Shown piece after piece: positions 36,525 to 45,614 of a stretch of 64,000 nucleotides of DNA. The stretch's first letter is position 1; each line of letters opens with the position of its first letter. The notes under the pieces are model-generated. The model was not told the origin of the DNA and searched no databases. It worked only from the letters and a program-made list of their open reading frames with translations. Location: assembly GCA_021847505.1 (NCBI GenBank), contig JAJZEO010000072.1, forward strand, positions 4,417 to 68,416, given 5' to 3'. Position numbers and translations under genes: made by a program. This stretch comes from a bacterium. GTDB lineage: Bacteria; Chlamydiota; Chlamydiia; Chlamydiales; 2-12-FULL-49-11.

Positions 36525-37670
36525 TCAATTTACATGAATGTCCGAATAGTTGGGAACTTTAAACCGAGGCAACTGTTTTTCTAGGATCTCTCGAATGGCT
36601 TCGATTTTTATGGGAGCTGAGAGGAATAGATGAGCCACAGGTCTTGCGCCGAATTCTTCGCAAGGACGCCATGTTAGACTAGCACTAGCTACTTCTGGGA
36701 TTTTAAGAAACTCCATTTCAAGGTCATCGAGAGAAATATTTTCGCCCCCTGAAATGATGACTTTGTCGCGTCTTCCCAAAATTTCTAACCCATACCTGCC
36801 TTGCTTTCCTAAATCGCCCGTTTTGAACCAACCCTCTTTGAAGGGGGATTCTTGGTCAAAATAACCCCGAAAGAGTGTTTTTCCTTTAACCCAGATCACT
36901 TGGTCTTGATCGATTTTAAGTTGTCGCCCTTCGAGTGGCTTGCCTACGTGAACCCCTTCCTCTTTATTGTATCGCGCTGACGAGAAAGAGCCAGATGTTT
37001 CAGTAAGTCCATAACTGAGGACGAGAGGAATGCCCTGATCAAAGGCATCATCGCAGATCTTTTTAGGGATGAGGGTTCCTCCCAATAGGACCACCTTTAG
37101 GTGGGGGAAATGAAGACGATGATCTAAAGCGAGAAAACGTTTGAGTTGGGTGGGAACAAATACAACACGAGTTGCACGGTGTTTGTGGGTTTCTCCAATG
37201 ACGATTGAGGCCCCAGAAGAAAAGGCCCGAAAGAGAATCGACATCCCTCCAATAAAGTTGTAGGGAAGGGAAAGGAGGAAGCAGTCGCTGGGATCCGGGG
37301 CTAGAGTTTGATGGGGATGTTGAGCTGCATAAAGATGCTCTTCAAGGCCATGCATGGCAAGTTTTGGAGCCCCCATCGTTCCTGATGTGCAGATGAGAGT
37401 GTTGATTCCCTGAGGAACTTTACTAAAATCGATCTGGGGTAAGTAAGGCTCTCTTAATGAGATGGGAAGAGCTACTTTTGAGTTTCTCAATAGGGAGAAA
37501 AAATGGGCAATTGTGGGAACTGTTTGATAGGCGTAGAAGATTTGATCGGTTCGGCGATTTTGTTCAATCAAGTCATTGAGCTGTCGATAAGTATAGATTC
37601 CGTCATCGGAATAAATCGCTACTTCATTAGAAAAATTTTTGCATGCATTCAAAATAGGGCACAGGGTCAT
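36525..37670 (-). CDS. menE: o-Succinylbenzoate-CoA ligase (compact form)
   Basis: 381 aa with adenylate-forming motifs ICTSGTMGAPKL, SYGLTETSG, TGDLG and GGENIS. It sits in the men operon and overlaps the menC 3' end by 44 nt. Confidence 0.85.
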   Translation of the reverse strand: MTLCPILNACKNFSNEVAIYSDDGIYTYRQLNDLIEQNRRTDQIFYAYQTVPTIAHFFSLLRNSKVALPISLREPYLPQIDFSKVPQGINTLICTSGTMGAPKLAMHGLEEHLYAAQHPHQTLAPDPSDCFLLSLPYNFIGGMSILFRAFSSGASIVIGETHKHRATRVVFVPTQLKRFLALDHRLHFPHLKVVLLGGTLIPKKICDDAFDQGIPLVLSYGLTETSGSFSSARYNKEEGVHVGKPLEGRQLKIDQDQVIWVKGKTLFRGYFDQESPFKEGWFKTGDLGKQGRYGLEILGRRDKVIISGGENISLDDLEMEFLKIPEVASASLTWRPCEEFGARPVAHLFLSAPIKIEAIREILEKQLPRFKVPNYSDIHVN

Positions 37671-38538
37671 TCAATTTTCCTTGGTTAAATGATTCTTCAC
37701 CAGGCAATGGGTTATCTTCGAATCGTTTAAGGGTGTCGACACCAAACGGGTTTTCCCCGCCCATGCGAACAATATGAGAAAGACCTACCAAGCCTTCCAT
37801 GGCAGAGGAATAAACGACTTGTTTATTTGCCTGTATGGCTTTGGCTGCAATTTCATAGCATTGCCTTTGCCCGCCAATCAATGTGGGTTTAATGATCAGA
37901 TGAGTCACTGATTTTTTTGCTAAAATGATGTCTAGGGGAACAATGCCTAAGGTTTTATCGATGGCAATGGAGACATGGGTTTGACTTGCAAAATAGTCTA
38001 ACAATCGAAAGGGTACCGGATCCTCAACATAGAGAAGTTCTCCCATCTCAAACCGATTGACAAAAGCGATCAATTCCCCTAAGTCCCATTTCTCATTGAT
38101 ATCGACCCTTACTTTAGCGCCGAACTTAAGCCATCCACGGATTCTCTCTTCTGTTTCTTCAACTGAAGGGGAAGCTTTGATTTTCACATGCAGAAATCGA
38201 TCGAGTGGAGGCTCATTTTCAAAGGAAAGATGGGTCATTGTGAATGAGCTGGACGCCGGTCTTTCCGCTAGATCATTTAAAGCGGATGAAAACCCGAAGA
38301 GTATAGAAGGGGGAAGGGGAAATAATTGAAAATTCCCTTTAAGTAACCCCTTTCCCATTTCTATGGTTGTCTTTTGCACTTCGTCAAAGGTTTCAATGCT
38401 TCGTCCAGGGAGGGGAGCAATCTCACCAAAGCCTACGGCCCCATGTTCGTCCATTAGGCGGATGAGCAGGCTCTTTTTTATCCCCCACTCTTTTAGATTC
38501 CGAGTAGAGAGCCTTAACTCAAAATCAATGATCCTCAT
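37627..38538 (-). CDS. menC: o-Succinylbenzoate synthase (enolase superfamily)
   Basis: 303 aa with metal-ligand contexts VRVDINEKWD and LLYVEDPV plus the lysine context IIKPTLIGG. Men operon context. Confidence 0.8.
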   Translation of the reverse strand: MRIIDFELRLSTRNLKEWGIKKSLLIRLMDEHGAVGFGEIAPLPGRSIETFDEVQKTTIEMGKGLLKGNFQLFPLPPSILFGFSSALNDLAERPASSSFTMTHLSFENEPPLDRFLHVKIKASPSVEETEERIRGWLKFGAKVRVDINEKWDLGELIAFVNRFEMGELLYVEDPVPFRLLDYFASQTHVSIAIDKTLGIVPLDIILAKKSVTHLIIKPTLIGGQRQCYEIAAKAIQANKQVVYSSAMEGLVGLSHIVRMGGENPFGVDTLKRFEDNPLPGEESFNQGKLNDPVPYFECMQKFF

Positions 38539-39584
38539 ACCAATAGTCCATAAGAAAGAGCTATAATATAAACGAGGGCGAGGAGGGCTACTTTGCTAAA
38601 AATTGCCAAGAACTCTTGAGGTTTTGTAGAAGAAAATGTCGCACGTACCAGGTGGAGAGCGGGAAAGATAAGGAGGAAGACTCCACCAACTCCCAGTGGT
38701 AAACAATAGAAGTAGACGAGCAGCCAAGGAAGAATCAATGGATAAAGTGTAAGAATGGCAAAAAGGGTTTTACCAAATTTTTGTCCGAACCTAACAACTA
38801 AAGTCCCCTTGTAAGCCACTTTATCAGAGATTTCATCGCGCAGGTTGTTCATGCATAATACGGCAGAGGTCATTCCGCCCAAGCAAATTCCTAACCAAAA
38901 TGGGGCAAAGCTGAATTGATGCGTTTGCATGTAATACATGATTTGAGTGGGGAGAGCTGCCATGAAGATCAAGTTGGTAAGCTCACCGAGTCCAAGATAG
39001 GCCAAAGGCATACCTACGTAAAATGAAGAATTGGGAATTTTTGAAGGCGGCGCCACAGATTTTTTCCAGGCGTCAGCCGACCGCGAAGCAGCCCCCTGTT
39101 GAAGACAGGGGCGATGCAGCGGGGCAGAAATATGCGGATGCCGCCGATGAAAAAACCAATTCTTCATTTTACGTGGGTATGAAGGGCCTTTTGAATAGCT
39201 AATGGCAATCATAACTACGCAAAGAAAAACTAAAGCTAAAATAGCTCCTTCCCTCCAGATCAATGGGGAAGCAAAAAGAAATGCAAGGGAAAATACAGTT
39301 ACCATCCCGATTTTCATCGCCCGAGTAGTTAAAGCTCCAGAGGCAACGGCTCGAACAGGTCCTATACGATTTTGCCGATCAGCTCCATTTTCGTAGTCAT
39401 AAACATCATTGGCATAATTGGCCCCAATTTGGAGAAAAAGAGCTGAAAAAAAACAAAGAAAAAACGTCATCCAGGAGAAAAAACCCTCATGATAACTGAG
39501 TGCGGAACCAACACAAACAGGAGCTAATCCGAAAGGTAGTGTTTTTGGTCTTGCCGCTTGAATCCAGATTTTTGGCGAGATCAT
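38535..39584 (-). CDS. menA: 1,4-dihydroxy-2-naphthoate polyprenyltransferase (UbiA family) carrying an in-frame ~57-aa insertion
   Basis: The protein is 349 aa, whereas I recall MenA being roughly 300 aa. It has the first Asp-rich motif NYANDVYDYENGAD. The conserved loop YSKGP...PLAYLGLGEL is split by SYPRKMKNWFFHRRHPHISAPLHRPCLQQGAASRSADAWKKSVAPPSKIPNSSFYVGM. Confidence 0.88.
   Translation of the reverse strand: MISPKIWIQAARPKTLPFGLAPVCVGSALSYHEGFFSWMTFFLCFFSALFLQIGANYANDVYDYENGADRQNRIGPVRAVASGALTTRAMKIGMVTVFSLAFLFASPLIWREGAILALVFLCVVMIAISYSKGPSYPRKMKNWFFHRRHPHISAPLHRPCLQQGAASRSADAWKKSVAPPSKIPNSSFYVGMPLAYLGLGELTNLIFMAALPTQIMYYMQTHQFSFAPFWLGICLGGMTSAVLCMNNLRDEISDKVAYKGTLVVRFGQKFGKTLFAILTLYPLILPWLLVYFYCLPLGVGGVFLLIFPALHLVRATFSSTKPQEFLAIFSKVALLALVYIIALSYGLLV
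39009..39181. repeat. GC-rich imperfect palindromic element inserted in frame in menA
   Basis: The terminal inverted repeats are CATACCTACGTAAAATGAAGAATTGG (39009-39034) and CCAATTCTTCATTTTACGTGGGTATG (39156-39181), matching 26 bp with 1 mismatch. Internal arms are partly complementary (GGCGGC.../...GCCGCC). The central hairpin is CCCCTGT-tgaag-ACAGGGG (39093-39111). The interior is visibly more GC-rich than the flanks. Confidence 0.85.
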
Positions 39585-39593
39585 GGTACCCTC

Positions 39594-40430
39594 TTAAGCC
39601 CTTTTGGGGAATTTATGAAAGTTGGGTTTTCTTTTCTCTAAAAAGGCATTTCGACCTTCTTGTGCCTCTTCGGTCATGTAGTAGAGCATTGTTGCATCCC
39701 CAGCAAGCTGCTGAAGGCCTGTTTGTCCATCACAGTCAGCATTCATTGCTGCTTTTATACAGCGAAGGGCCATCGGTGAATGGTTAAGCATTTCCTGAGC
39801 CCATTGCATGGTGGTCTCCTCAAGTTTATCGAGGGGAACAACAGCGTTGACTAGACCCATTTGAAGTGCCTCAGTGGCAGAATATTGTCTACATAAAAAC
39901 CAAATTTCCCGAGCCTTCTTTTGTCCCACAATGCGGGCTAAATAGCTTGAGCCAAAGCCTCCATCAAAAGAGCCCACTTTGGGACCCACTTGGCCAAAAA
40001 TCGCATTTTGGCTTGCAATAGTAAGATCACATACAACATGGAGAACATGCCCTCCACCAATCGCATATCCTGCAACCATGGCAATCACTGGCTTGGGACA
40101 AGTTCGGATTTCTCTTTGAAAATCGAGAACATTAAGGAACTCTCGCCCCTCATTACCTTTATAGCCAGCATTTCCTCTAACAGATTGGTCCCCCCCTGAA
40201 CAAAATGCCAAGTTTCCTGCACCAGTCAATATGATGACTCCGATGGTGTCGTCCATTCTTGCATCATAAAGAGCGCGGCGCATTTCTTCGACTGTATGTG
40301 GGGTAAAGGCGTTTCTTACCTGAGGACGGTTGATGGTGATTTTAGCAACTCCATCAAACTTATGGTAAAGGATTTCATCAAATTGTCCAACTTCTTCCCA
40401 AGGGTAGGTGGGTACAGAACATTGTTGCAT
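39594..40430 (-). CDS. menB: 1,4-dihydroxy-2-naphthoyl-CoA synthase
   Basis: 278 aa of the crotonase fold, with [27 protein letters not shown] and [19 protein letters not shown]. The C-terminal FLEKRKPNF is typical of MenB. Confidence 0.95.
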   Translation of the reverse strand: MQQCSVPTYPWEEVGQFDEILYHKFDGVAKITINRPQVRNAFTPHTVEEMRRALYDARMDDTIGVIILTGAGNLAFCSGGDQSVRGNAGYKGNEGREFLNVLDFQREIRTCPKPVIAMVAGYAIGGGHVLHVVCDLTIASQNAIFGQVGPKVGSFDGGFGSSYLARIVGQKKAREIWFLCRQYSATEALQMGLVNAVVPLDKLEETTMQWAQEMLNHSPMALRCIKAAMNADCDGQTGLQQLAGDATMLYYMTEEAQEGRNAFLEKRKPNFHKFPKRA

Positions 40431-40451
40431 AGCGGCTCCTTTAATTGGGTA

Positions 40452-41339
40452 TTACTGGAAAAATTGAAGGGTATTTATGGAATCCTGGACGGTGACATTC
40501 GGAAAAGATTGGTCATCAATGCAGGAGAGAAAATGCTCAAGTTCACCCTCCAAGGGGGCCTGATTTTCGACTTGGATCGAAACTTCTTCTCCGCCCTTAT
40601 TGCAAAAAAGTAGGGTTTGCTCGAACAAGTTACCTCGATATTGTCCAAATTCTGACAAAATCTCAATTTGTCTTAGTTTGTATGGATAGAGCCAGCTTGA
40701 TTCAATAATGCAAAAGCAATCACCCAAATTAAACGTAAGAGTTGAATAGTCACATAATTCTACATTAATGTTGCTATAAGACTTATATAGATTGACATTC
40801 CTTGTTCGATTTGAGCTCTCTTTGCTTTGAGAGGCTAATAGATAGAGACAAAGATCGATATCATGCACCGTAAGATCTTCATAGACGTTGATCGATTCGC
40901 GAGAGGGGGAATTACCCACTCGCTTACAGTTTACCGAGATAATTTTTCCGATTTGCCCTACGTCAATGAGCGACTTGATTTTTTTGATCACAGGATTAAA
41001 TCTCTCGAGGTGACCCACTAAAATTCGATCACTATGGGGAAGAAGAGTACGGGCTCTCTCAATGATGGTATCGACCGGCTTTTCTAAAAGAATGAACAAA
41101 TGGGGATTTTGCTCAAGAGCATGAACGCAATTTTCAACATGGGTGTTGGTGGGAGAGGCGATAATCAGCCCATCAAGCTTTTTGCAATCCTTAAGGAACT
41201 GGGTGTAATCACCATTGCAATCTCCCCCCTTGGGGTCATAAATAATCGGAATATCTGCTTTGTTAAGCTTCTTCAATTGGCGATAATGATTTTTCCCCAT
41301 TACACCAAAGCCGCAAATACCGATTTTAGCACGTTTCAT
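40452..41339 (-). CDS. Gfo/Idh/MocA-family NAD(P)-dependent oxidoreductase
   Basis: It has a Rossmann KIGICGFGVMGKNH, the EKP motif (LLEKPV) and GHLERFNP. The start is set at Met 41339 (MKRAKIG...). The track ORF extends to 41384. Confidence 0.8.
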   Translation of the reverse strand: MKRAKIGICGFGVMGKNHYRQLKKLNKADIPIIYDPKGGDCNGDYTQFLKDCKKLDGLIIASPTNTHVENCVHALEQNPHLFILLEKPVDTIIERARTLLPHSDRILVGHLERFNPVIKKIKSLIDVGQIGKIISVNCKRVGNSPSRESINVYEDLTVHDIDLCLYLLASQSKESSNRTRNVNLYKSYSNINVELCDYSTLTFNLGDCFCIIESSWLYPYKLRQIEILSEFGQYRGNLFEQTLLFCNKGGEEVSIQVENQAPLEGELEHFLSCIDDQSFPNVTVQDSINTLQFFQ

Positions 41340-42147
41340 ATTGGAAAATACCTTCGTGAATTTCTCTTGCAACCCTTTCGGCAACAGGACAATCTCCTGT
41401 GATGCCTAATTCTCTATAGATAGGCTGGTCATAAACCACTCTTGGGTAGTGGCCCGATTCAGGGCCTCGTAAGCCAAGCTCAGATTGTATTCCATGCATA
41501 TGTAGTTTCATTTGCTCATAAGCCATTAAACAGAGTGGCTCTGCAAGTCGGAAATTAAATCCTAGGTAGACATGATTATACTTGCCATCTTGCCCGTGAT
41601 CACAGATAGAACGGATCTTTCTTGCATCTAATATGGAATGTTTAGGGACGCAAATCATCCCCCCTTCAAAGGTAGAAATGTTTTTTGTCTTATAGAAGGA
41701 AAATGTTCCCACGTCGCCGATCATCCCTGCATAGCGGCCCCGCTCGTCCCTAGCTCCAAAGGCCTGCGCGGTATCTTCAATAACGATCAGGTCATAACGT
41801 CTGGCAATGTCCATGATTGCATCCATATCACAAATCCGACCAAAGAGGTGTATCGGCATGATGGCCTTCGTATTTTCCGTAATCGCTTCCTCAATTTTTG
41901 TGGCATCAAGAAGTAGTGTATAAGGGTCAATATCCACGAAAACAGGCTTTGCCCCTGCAAACAATATTGCATTGCTTGAGGCTATAAAAGTGAAAGGACT
42001 AAGGATCAGTTCATCTGTGGGTTTTAAATCTAATGAATACAAGGCTGCCATTAGAGCGCAAGTGCCATTGCAAACGGCAACACAATCTTCCACATCAAAC
42101 TGCTGCTTTACATAATCTTCAAATACGGCTCTTACGAAGGCGGGCAT
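41326..42147 (-). CDS. DegT/DnrJ/EryC1/StrS-family PLP aminotransferase, unusually short
   Basis: The protein is 273 aa, whereas I recall this family running about 360-390 aa. It has AVCNGTCALMAAL, DELILSPFTFIASSNAILFAGAKPVFVDID, IEDTAQAFGA and the PLP-lysine context FSFYKTKNISTFEGG, plus GFNFRLAEP and CPVAERVA. About 25-30 N-terminal residues, an internal stretch and the C-terminal tail appear to be missing. Confidence 0.7.
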   Translation of the reverse strand: MPAFVRAVFEDYVKQQFDVEDCVAVCNGTCALMAALYSLDLKPTDELILSPFTFIASSNAILFAGAKPVFVDIDPYTLLLDATKIEEAITENTKAIMPIHLFGRICDMDAIMDIARRYDLIVIEDTAQAFGARDERGRYAGMIGDVGTFSFYKTKNISTFEGGMICVPKHSILDARKIRSICDHGQDGKYNHVYLGFNFRLAEPLCLMAYEQMKLHMHGIQSELGLRGPESGHYPRVVYDQPIYRELGITGDCPVAERVAREIHEGIFQYETC

Positions 42148-42148
42148 A

Positions 42149-42823
42149 TTATTTCCTTATGGTTTTTGCGATTTGTTTTAGAACGAAATGAGGAGAGTTT
42201 AAATGTAAAGCATGAGATCTGTTTAGGATTGTCTTAAGTACTATTCGTTTGTCGGTATCGATTTCTTCAATCTTCCTTTTCAAATTCATGTATTTTTTAT
42301 CCAATCCACCGAAGATCATTTGTACACGGCAGGGACTTTGTAGCAAATGATCCCATAACGGGGGAAGATTAGCAATAGAAAATTTTCGAAAGATTTTCAC
42401 CATTGAATCCTTATCTTGTTGAAATCTCCTGGCAGGGGGGCGAAATCCCAAAAAAGCAGGTTGTGAGTACCATTCGCGAACAAATTGCTCTACGCTTAGT
42501 GTTTCCATTTTGAGTAGCCACTCTTTTTCCCAAAGAATCCGTTCCCTTTTTTCCTCTTCTGAAAGAAGGCCGGGATTTGTTGAAATCAAAGTCAGGGAAG
42601 AAAACCAATCGGGCTTCAAGGAGCTATAATGGAGAGCAAGTCTTCCTCCCATGGAATAACCAACTAGATGAGCGCCTCGGGGAATGATTTCAGGAACCCG
42701 ATCGACTTCGCAATCTTCCAAACTAAGGGCTAGCGCTTCGTAGCCTTCACGCCGAAGATGCTCAGCATAAAAGCTCCAATCATCAGGCACACCTAAAAAA
42801 CCATGAAAAAAGACTACTGTCAT
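42149..42823 (-). CDS. menH: SHCHC synthase (alpha/beta hydrolase)
   Basis: 224 aa with VVFFHGFLG and the nucleophile elbow GYSMGGR. It lies between menD and the rest of the operon. Confidence 0.8.
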   Translation of the reverse strand: MTVVFFHGFLGVPDDWSFYAEHLRREGYEALALSLEDCEVDRVPEIIPRGAHLVGYSMGGRLALHYSSLKPDWFSSLTLISTNPGLLSEEEKRERILWEKEWLLKMETLSVEQFVREWYSQPAFLGFRPPARRFQQDKDSMVKIFRKFSIANLPPLWDHLLQSPCRVQMIFGGLDKKYMNLKRKIEEIDTDKRIVLKTILNRSHALHLNSPHFVLKQIAKTIRK

Positions 42824-44607
42824 CGAACTTTTTCCATCGCAAAGTAGGTCAATTCCTTTTCTTTTTTGCTACGCATCATCCTTTTTTTTAGATACTCCTC
42901 TAATTCTAAGTGTAGTTGATAGTTTTGCCCGCTATCGGTTTGCACCTCGACTATACAAAGACCGCGTGACTCAGCTGAGGAGGAAATGAGCTCTTCATAT
43001 TGCTTTTTTGTTTCTATTTTGAAGTAGGGAATATCAAATGCCTGAACAAACTTATCAAACTGTCTTTCATGTTTTTGGATCCAATATTCGGAGCATTCTC
43101 TTTTTTTAGTGCCGATGGGAAGGAAATGAAAAATGCCTCCACCGCCGTTATTAAGTAGGATGATGGTGACGGGGATATTCTTTTCTTTTAAGAGTGCTAA
43201 CGTATTGAGGTCGTGGAGAAAAGCCATGTCTCCAATCAAACAAATGAGTGGTCTTTTTGTTCCGGTAGAAAGCCCCCCAGCCATAGCTAAAACCCCATCG
43301 ATGCCGCTGAGCCCCCTTTTGCTATAAATGGTTCCAATCTCTTGGGTAGGAAAAAGAAACGAATCAGCATATCGGATAGGCAAACTATTCGAAAAAAAGA
43401 GATCGGTATCGTTACTTAGAAACTTAATGAAGGAAAAAACTGTGTAAGGTTCATTGATAGTTCCATGTTCTTCAAAAAAGTCAGTTAAAATTTCTTCGAT
43501 ATGAAGGGAATATTCCTTCCATAAACTTAGCCAATAACTAGGCTCTCGAGAGTTGATTCGCTTAGCGAGCCCCAAGCAAAAACGACTGCTCTTCATTTCA
43601 ACATGGTGCGTAAAAGAAAAAATCGAATCATACGAGTAGGGAGAATTCACCACATGAACAAACAATTTACAAAGAACAGAACTTACCCATGCTAAGAGAG
43701 GTTTAGAGACAACTGTCCCTCCTAAGTAGAGAATTGCTTCAGGGATTAGCTTTTCTTTAGAATAGGTTGTTTGCAAGATGTGATTGTAAAAAGGGATAAA
43801 GGTTGTATCTCGACCAAAAGAACGTAAGCCAGAACCAGTATCAGCAAATAGGGGCCACTGCAACTTCATGGCGAGGTTTAAAATTGGTTCCAATTCCTCA
43901 TCGTTGGGAAGTTCCCCTACGATAATGATCCCCCTTTCTTTACCTGCAAATTGTGCCGCTAAAAATTCAAATTCCTCATCAGAAATCGAAAGCTCACCCC
44001 TGGTATAAGTCGTTGCAGGAAGTGGAGTCAAATGATTATCGAAGGATTTTTTGCTCGTTTTACTAAAAAGCGGCTCAGGAATCATGACATTAATATGAAT
44101 AGGACCCATAGGAGCCTGTATTGCTTGGTAACAAGCTTGATCAATACGCCTCGATAAACTCTTAATGTTCAAATTAAGACCGGGCGGGGGAATGTCCACT
44201 TCATCCTTCACAGCCAACTGAAAAAGGCCCACCTGTTTCATTGTTTGGTTTGAAAAGCAATCATGTTGTTCAAAGGGGCGATCAGCCGTAAGTAGGATTA
44301 GTGGAACGCCATCTTTTTTTGCCTCGACGGCAGCAGGCAATAAATTAGCGGCTGCGGTACCTGAGGTGACAATGACGCATACAGGACGTCTTGTAGCCTT
44401 TGCAAGGCCATAAGCATAGAAAGCGGCGCCTCTTTCATCAAAGTGAACAGTTGACTTTGCCATAGGATCTTCCAAAACAGCAAGGACAAGCGGCGTTGAC
44501 CTCGAACCTGGTGAAATGACAAACTGGTCGCAAGAGCATTTAATCAACTCAGAGATGATTGCTTTTGCTTGCGTCTCATTTAACTCTTCTACACTTGGTC
44601 CAGACAT
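42820..44607 (-). CDS. menD: SEPHCHC synthase (ThDP-dependent)
   Basis: 595 aa with ISPGSRSTPL, TSGTAAANLLPA and the ThDP motif GDMAFLHDLN...NNGGGGIF. Confidence 0.93.
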   Translation of the reverse strand: MSGPSVEELNETQAKAIISELIKCSCDQFVISPGSRSTPLVLAVLEDPMAKSTVHFDERGAAFYAYGLAKATRRPVCVIVTSGTAAANLLPAAVEAKKDGVPLILLTADRPFEQHDCFSNQTMKQVGLFQLAVKDEVDIPPPGLNLNIKSLSRRIDQACYQAIQAPMGPIHINVMIPEPLFSKTSKKSFDNHLTPLPATTYTRGELSISDEEFEFLAAQFAGKERGIIIVGELPNDEELEPILNLAMKLQWPLFADTGSGLRSFGRDTTFIPFYNHILQTTYSKEKLIPEAILYLGGTVVSKPLLAWVSSVLCKLFVHVVNSPYSYDSIFSFTHHVEMKSSRFCLGLAKRINSREPSYWLSLWKEYSLHIEEILTDFFEEHGTINEPYTVFSFIKFLSNDTDLFFSNSLPIRYADSFLFPTQEIGTIYSKRGLSGIDGVLAMAGGLSTGTKRPLICLIGDMAFLHDLNTLALLKEKNIPVTIILLNNGGGGIFHFLPIGTKKRECSEYWIQKHERQFDKFVQAFDIPYFKIETKKQYEELISSSAESRGLCIVEVQTDSGQNYQLHLELEEYLKKRMMRSKKEKELTYFAMEKVR

Positions 44608-45611
44608 CTACCAACTCCCCATAAATCCATCTTACTGTTCAGTTCATCCCATTCATCTTCAGCGATTGATGAATGAACGATACCTGCTCCAGCAAAAAGA
44701 TGCAATTTATTTTCCACAATAAGTCCGGAGCGAATCCCTACGAAAACACTCGACTCATCATGGGAGAGTTCACCTAAACTAGAAGCGTACCATCCTCGAT
44801 CGAACGGTTCTAATTCTTCGATAAGCTCAAGGGCTTCCTCCTTGGGATACCCACAAATTGCGGCAGTTGGATGAATTTGATCGATGAGAAATTCGTCACT
44901 GTATCTTTTCTTAAGTTCCACAGAAAAAGGATAGCTTAAGTGGCAAACATTGGGGGTTTTCTTGAGGTAAATCTCCTCATCGATACTAAACGGTTTGGCA
45001 ATCGTATAGAGTTTTGACCCTATATCTTTTTTCACGAACTCAAATTCAAGTAGATCCTTAGAAGAGTTTAATAAATCAGCAGCCTGACTGATGGGTCTCG
45101 TTCCTGCCAATGCTTCGCTCTTCAATAGAGTATCATCACGATGAAATAATAGTTCAGGAGTGGCGCCAATGAATGCAACATGAGGCGCCATGATATAAGC
45201 AAAAGGAGTCGAGGTGCCACATTTGTGATAAAGCATGGTGAAGATTTCAAAGGGATCAAGAAGTTGATCAAAGACAAAAGTTGTTTTTCGGGCAAAGACC
45301 ACTTTGGGAATGTTGCGCCTTTTGAACTCGCCTACCATTGCACACCACTCTTCAAAGTCTGGGGTATCTTCCCGGTAAACAGGGGAGGGTAGGGTGTGTG
45401 CCATATGTGGCACATCCAGTATGACCTCATGCTCAGGTTGAACATGAAATTTTTTGGGGAAAGCATCCCAAAGATGAGTCTTTCTTTGAATAGGAAAATC
45501 GCAAGCAAAGTAACTTGTCTTCGACCCATCAATTTCTTTAAGAGCGCCTATCGCCCCGCGGTCTCTAAATAAAACGATTGGGAAGTGATTTTCAAGGCGC
45601 AATCTCCTCAT
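44589..45611 (-). CDS. menF: Isochorismate synthase (compact form)
   Basis: 340 aa with chorismate-binding motifs ALAGTRP, HPTAAICGYP, FDRGWYAS and AGAGIV. Confidence 0.9.
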   Translation of the reverse strand: MRRLRLENHFPIVLFRDRGAIGALKEIDGSKTSYFACDFPIQRKTHLWDAFPKKFHVQPEHEVILDVPHMAHTLPSPVYREDTPDFEEWCAMVGEFKRRNIPKVVFARKTTFVFDQLLDPFEIFTMLYHKCGTSTPFAYIMAPHVAFIGATPELLFHRDDTLLKSEALAGTRPISQAADLLNSSKDLLEFEFVKKDIGSKLYTIAKPFSIDEEIYLKKTPNVCHLSYPFSVELKKRYSDEFLIDQIHPTAAICGYPKEEALELIEELEPFDRGWYASSLGELSHDESSVFVGIRSGLIVENKLHLFAGAGIVHSSIAEDEWDELNSKMDLWGVGRCLDQV

Positions 45612-45614
45612 TCT

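Noticed and set aside
36520-36528. TTG starts for mgtA (36528) and likewise ubiE (46337), and upstream starts for tmk (53720) and the PHP protein (57283)
   Set aside because: In each case a nearby ATG avoids overlap with the preceding gene. For tmk and the PHP gene only, that ATG also has a GAGGAG-type SD. The longest-ORF starts look like read-through artefacts.
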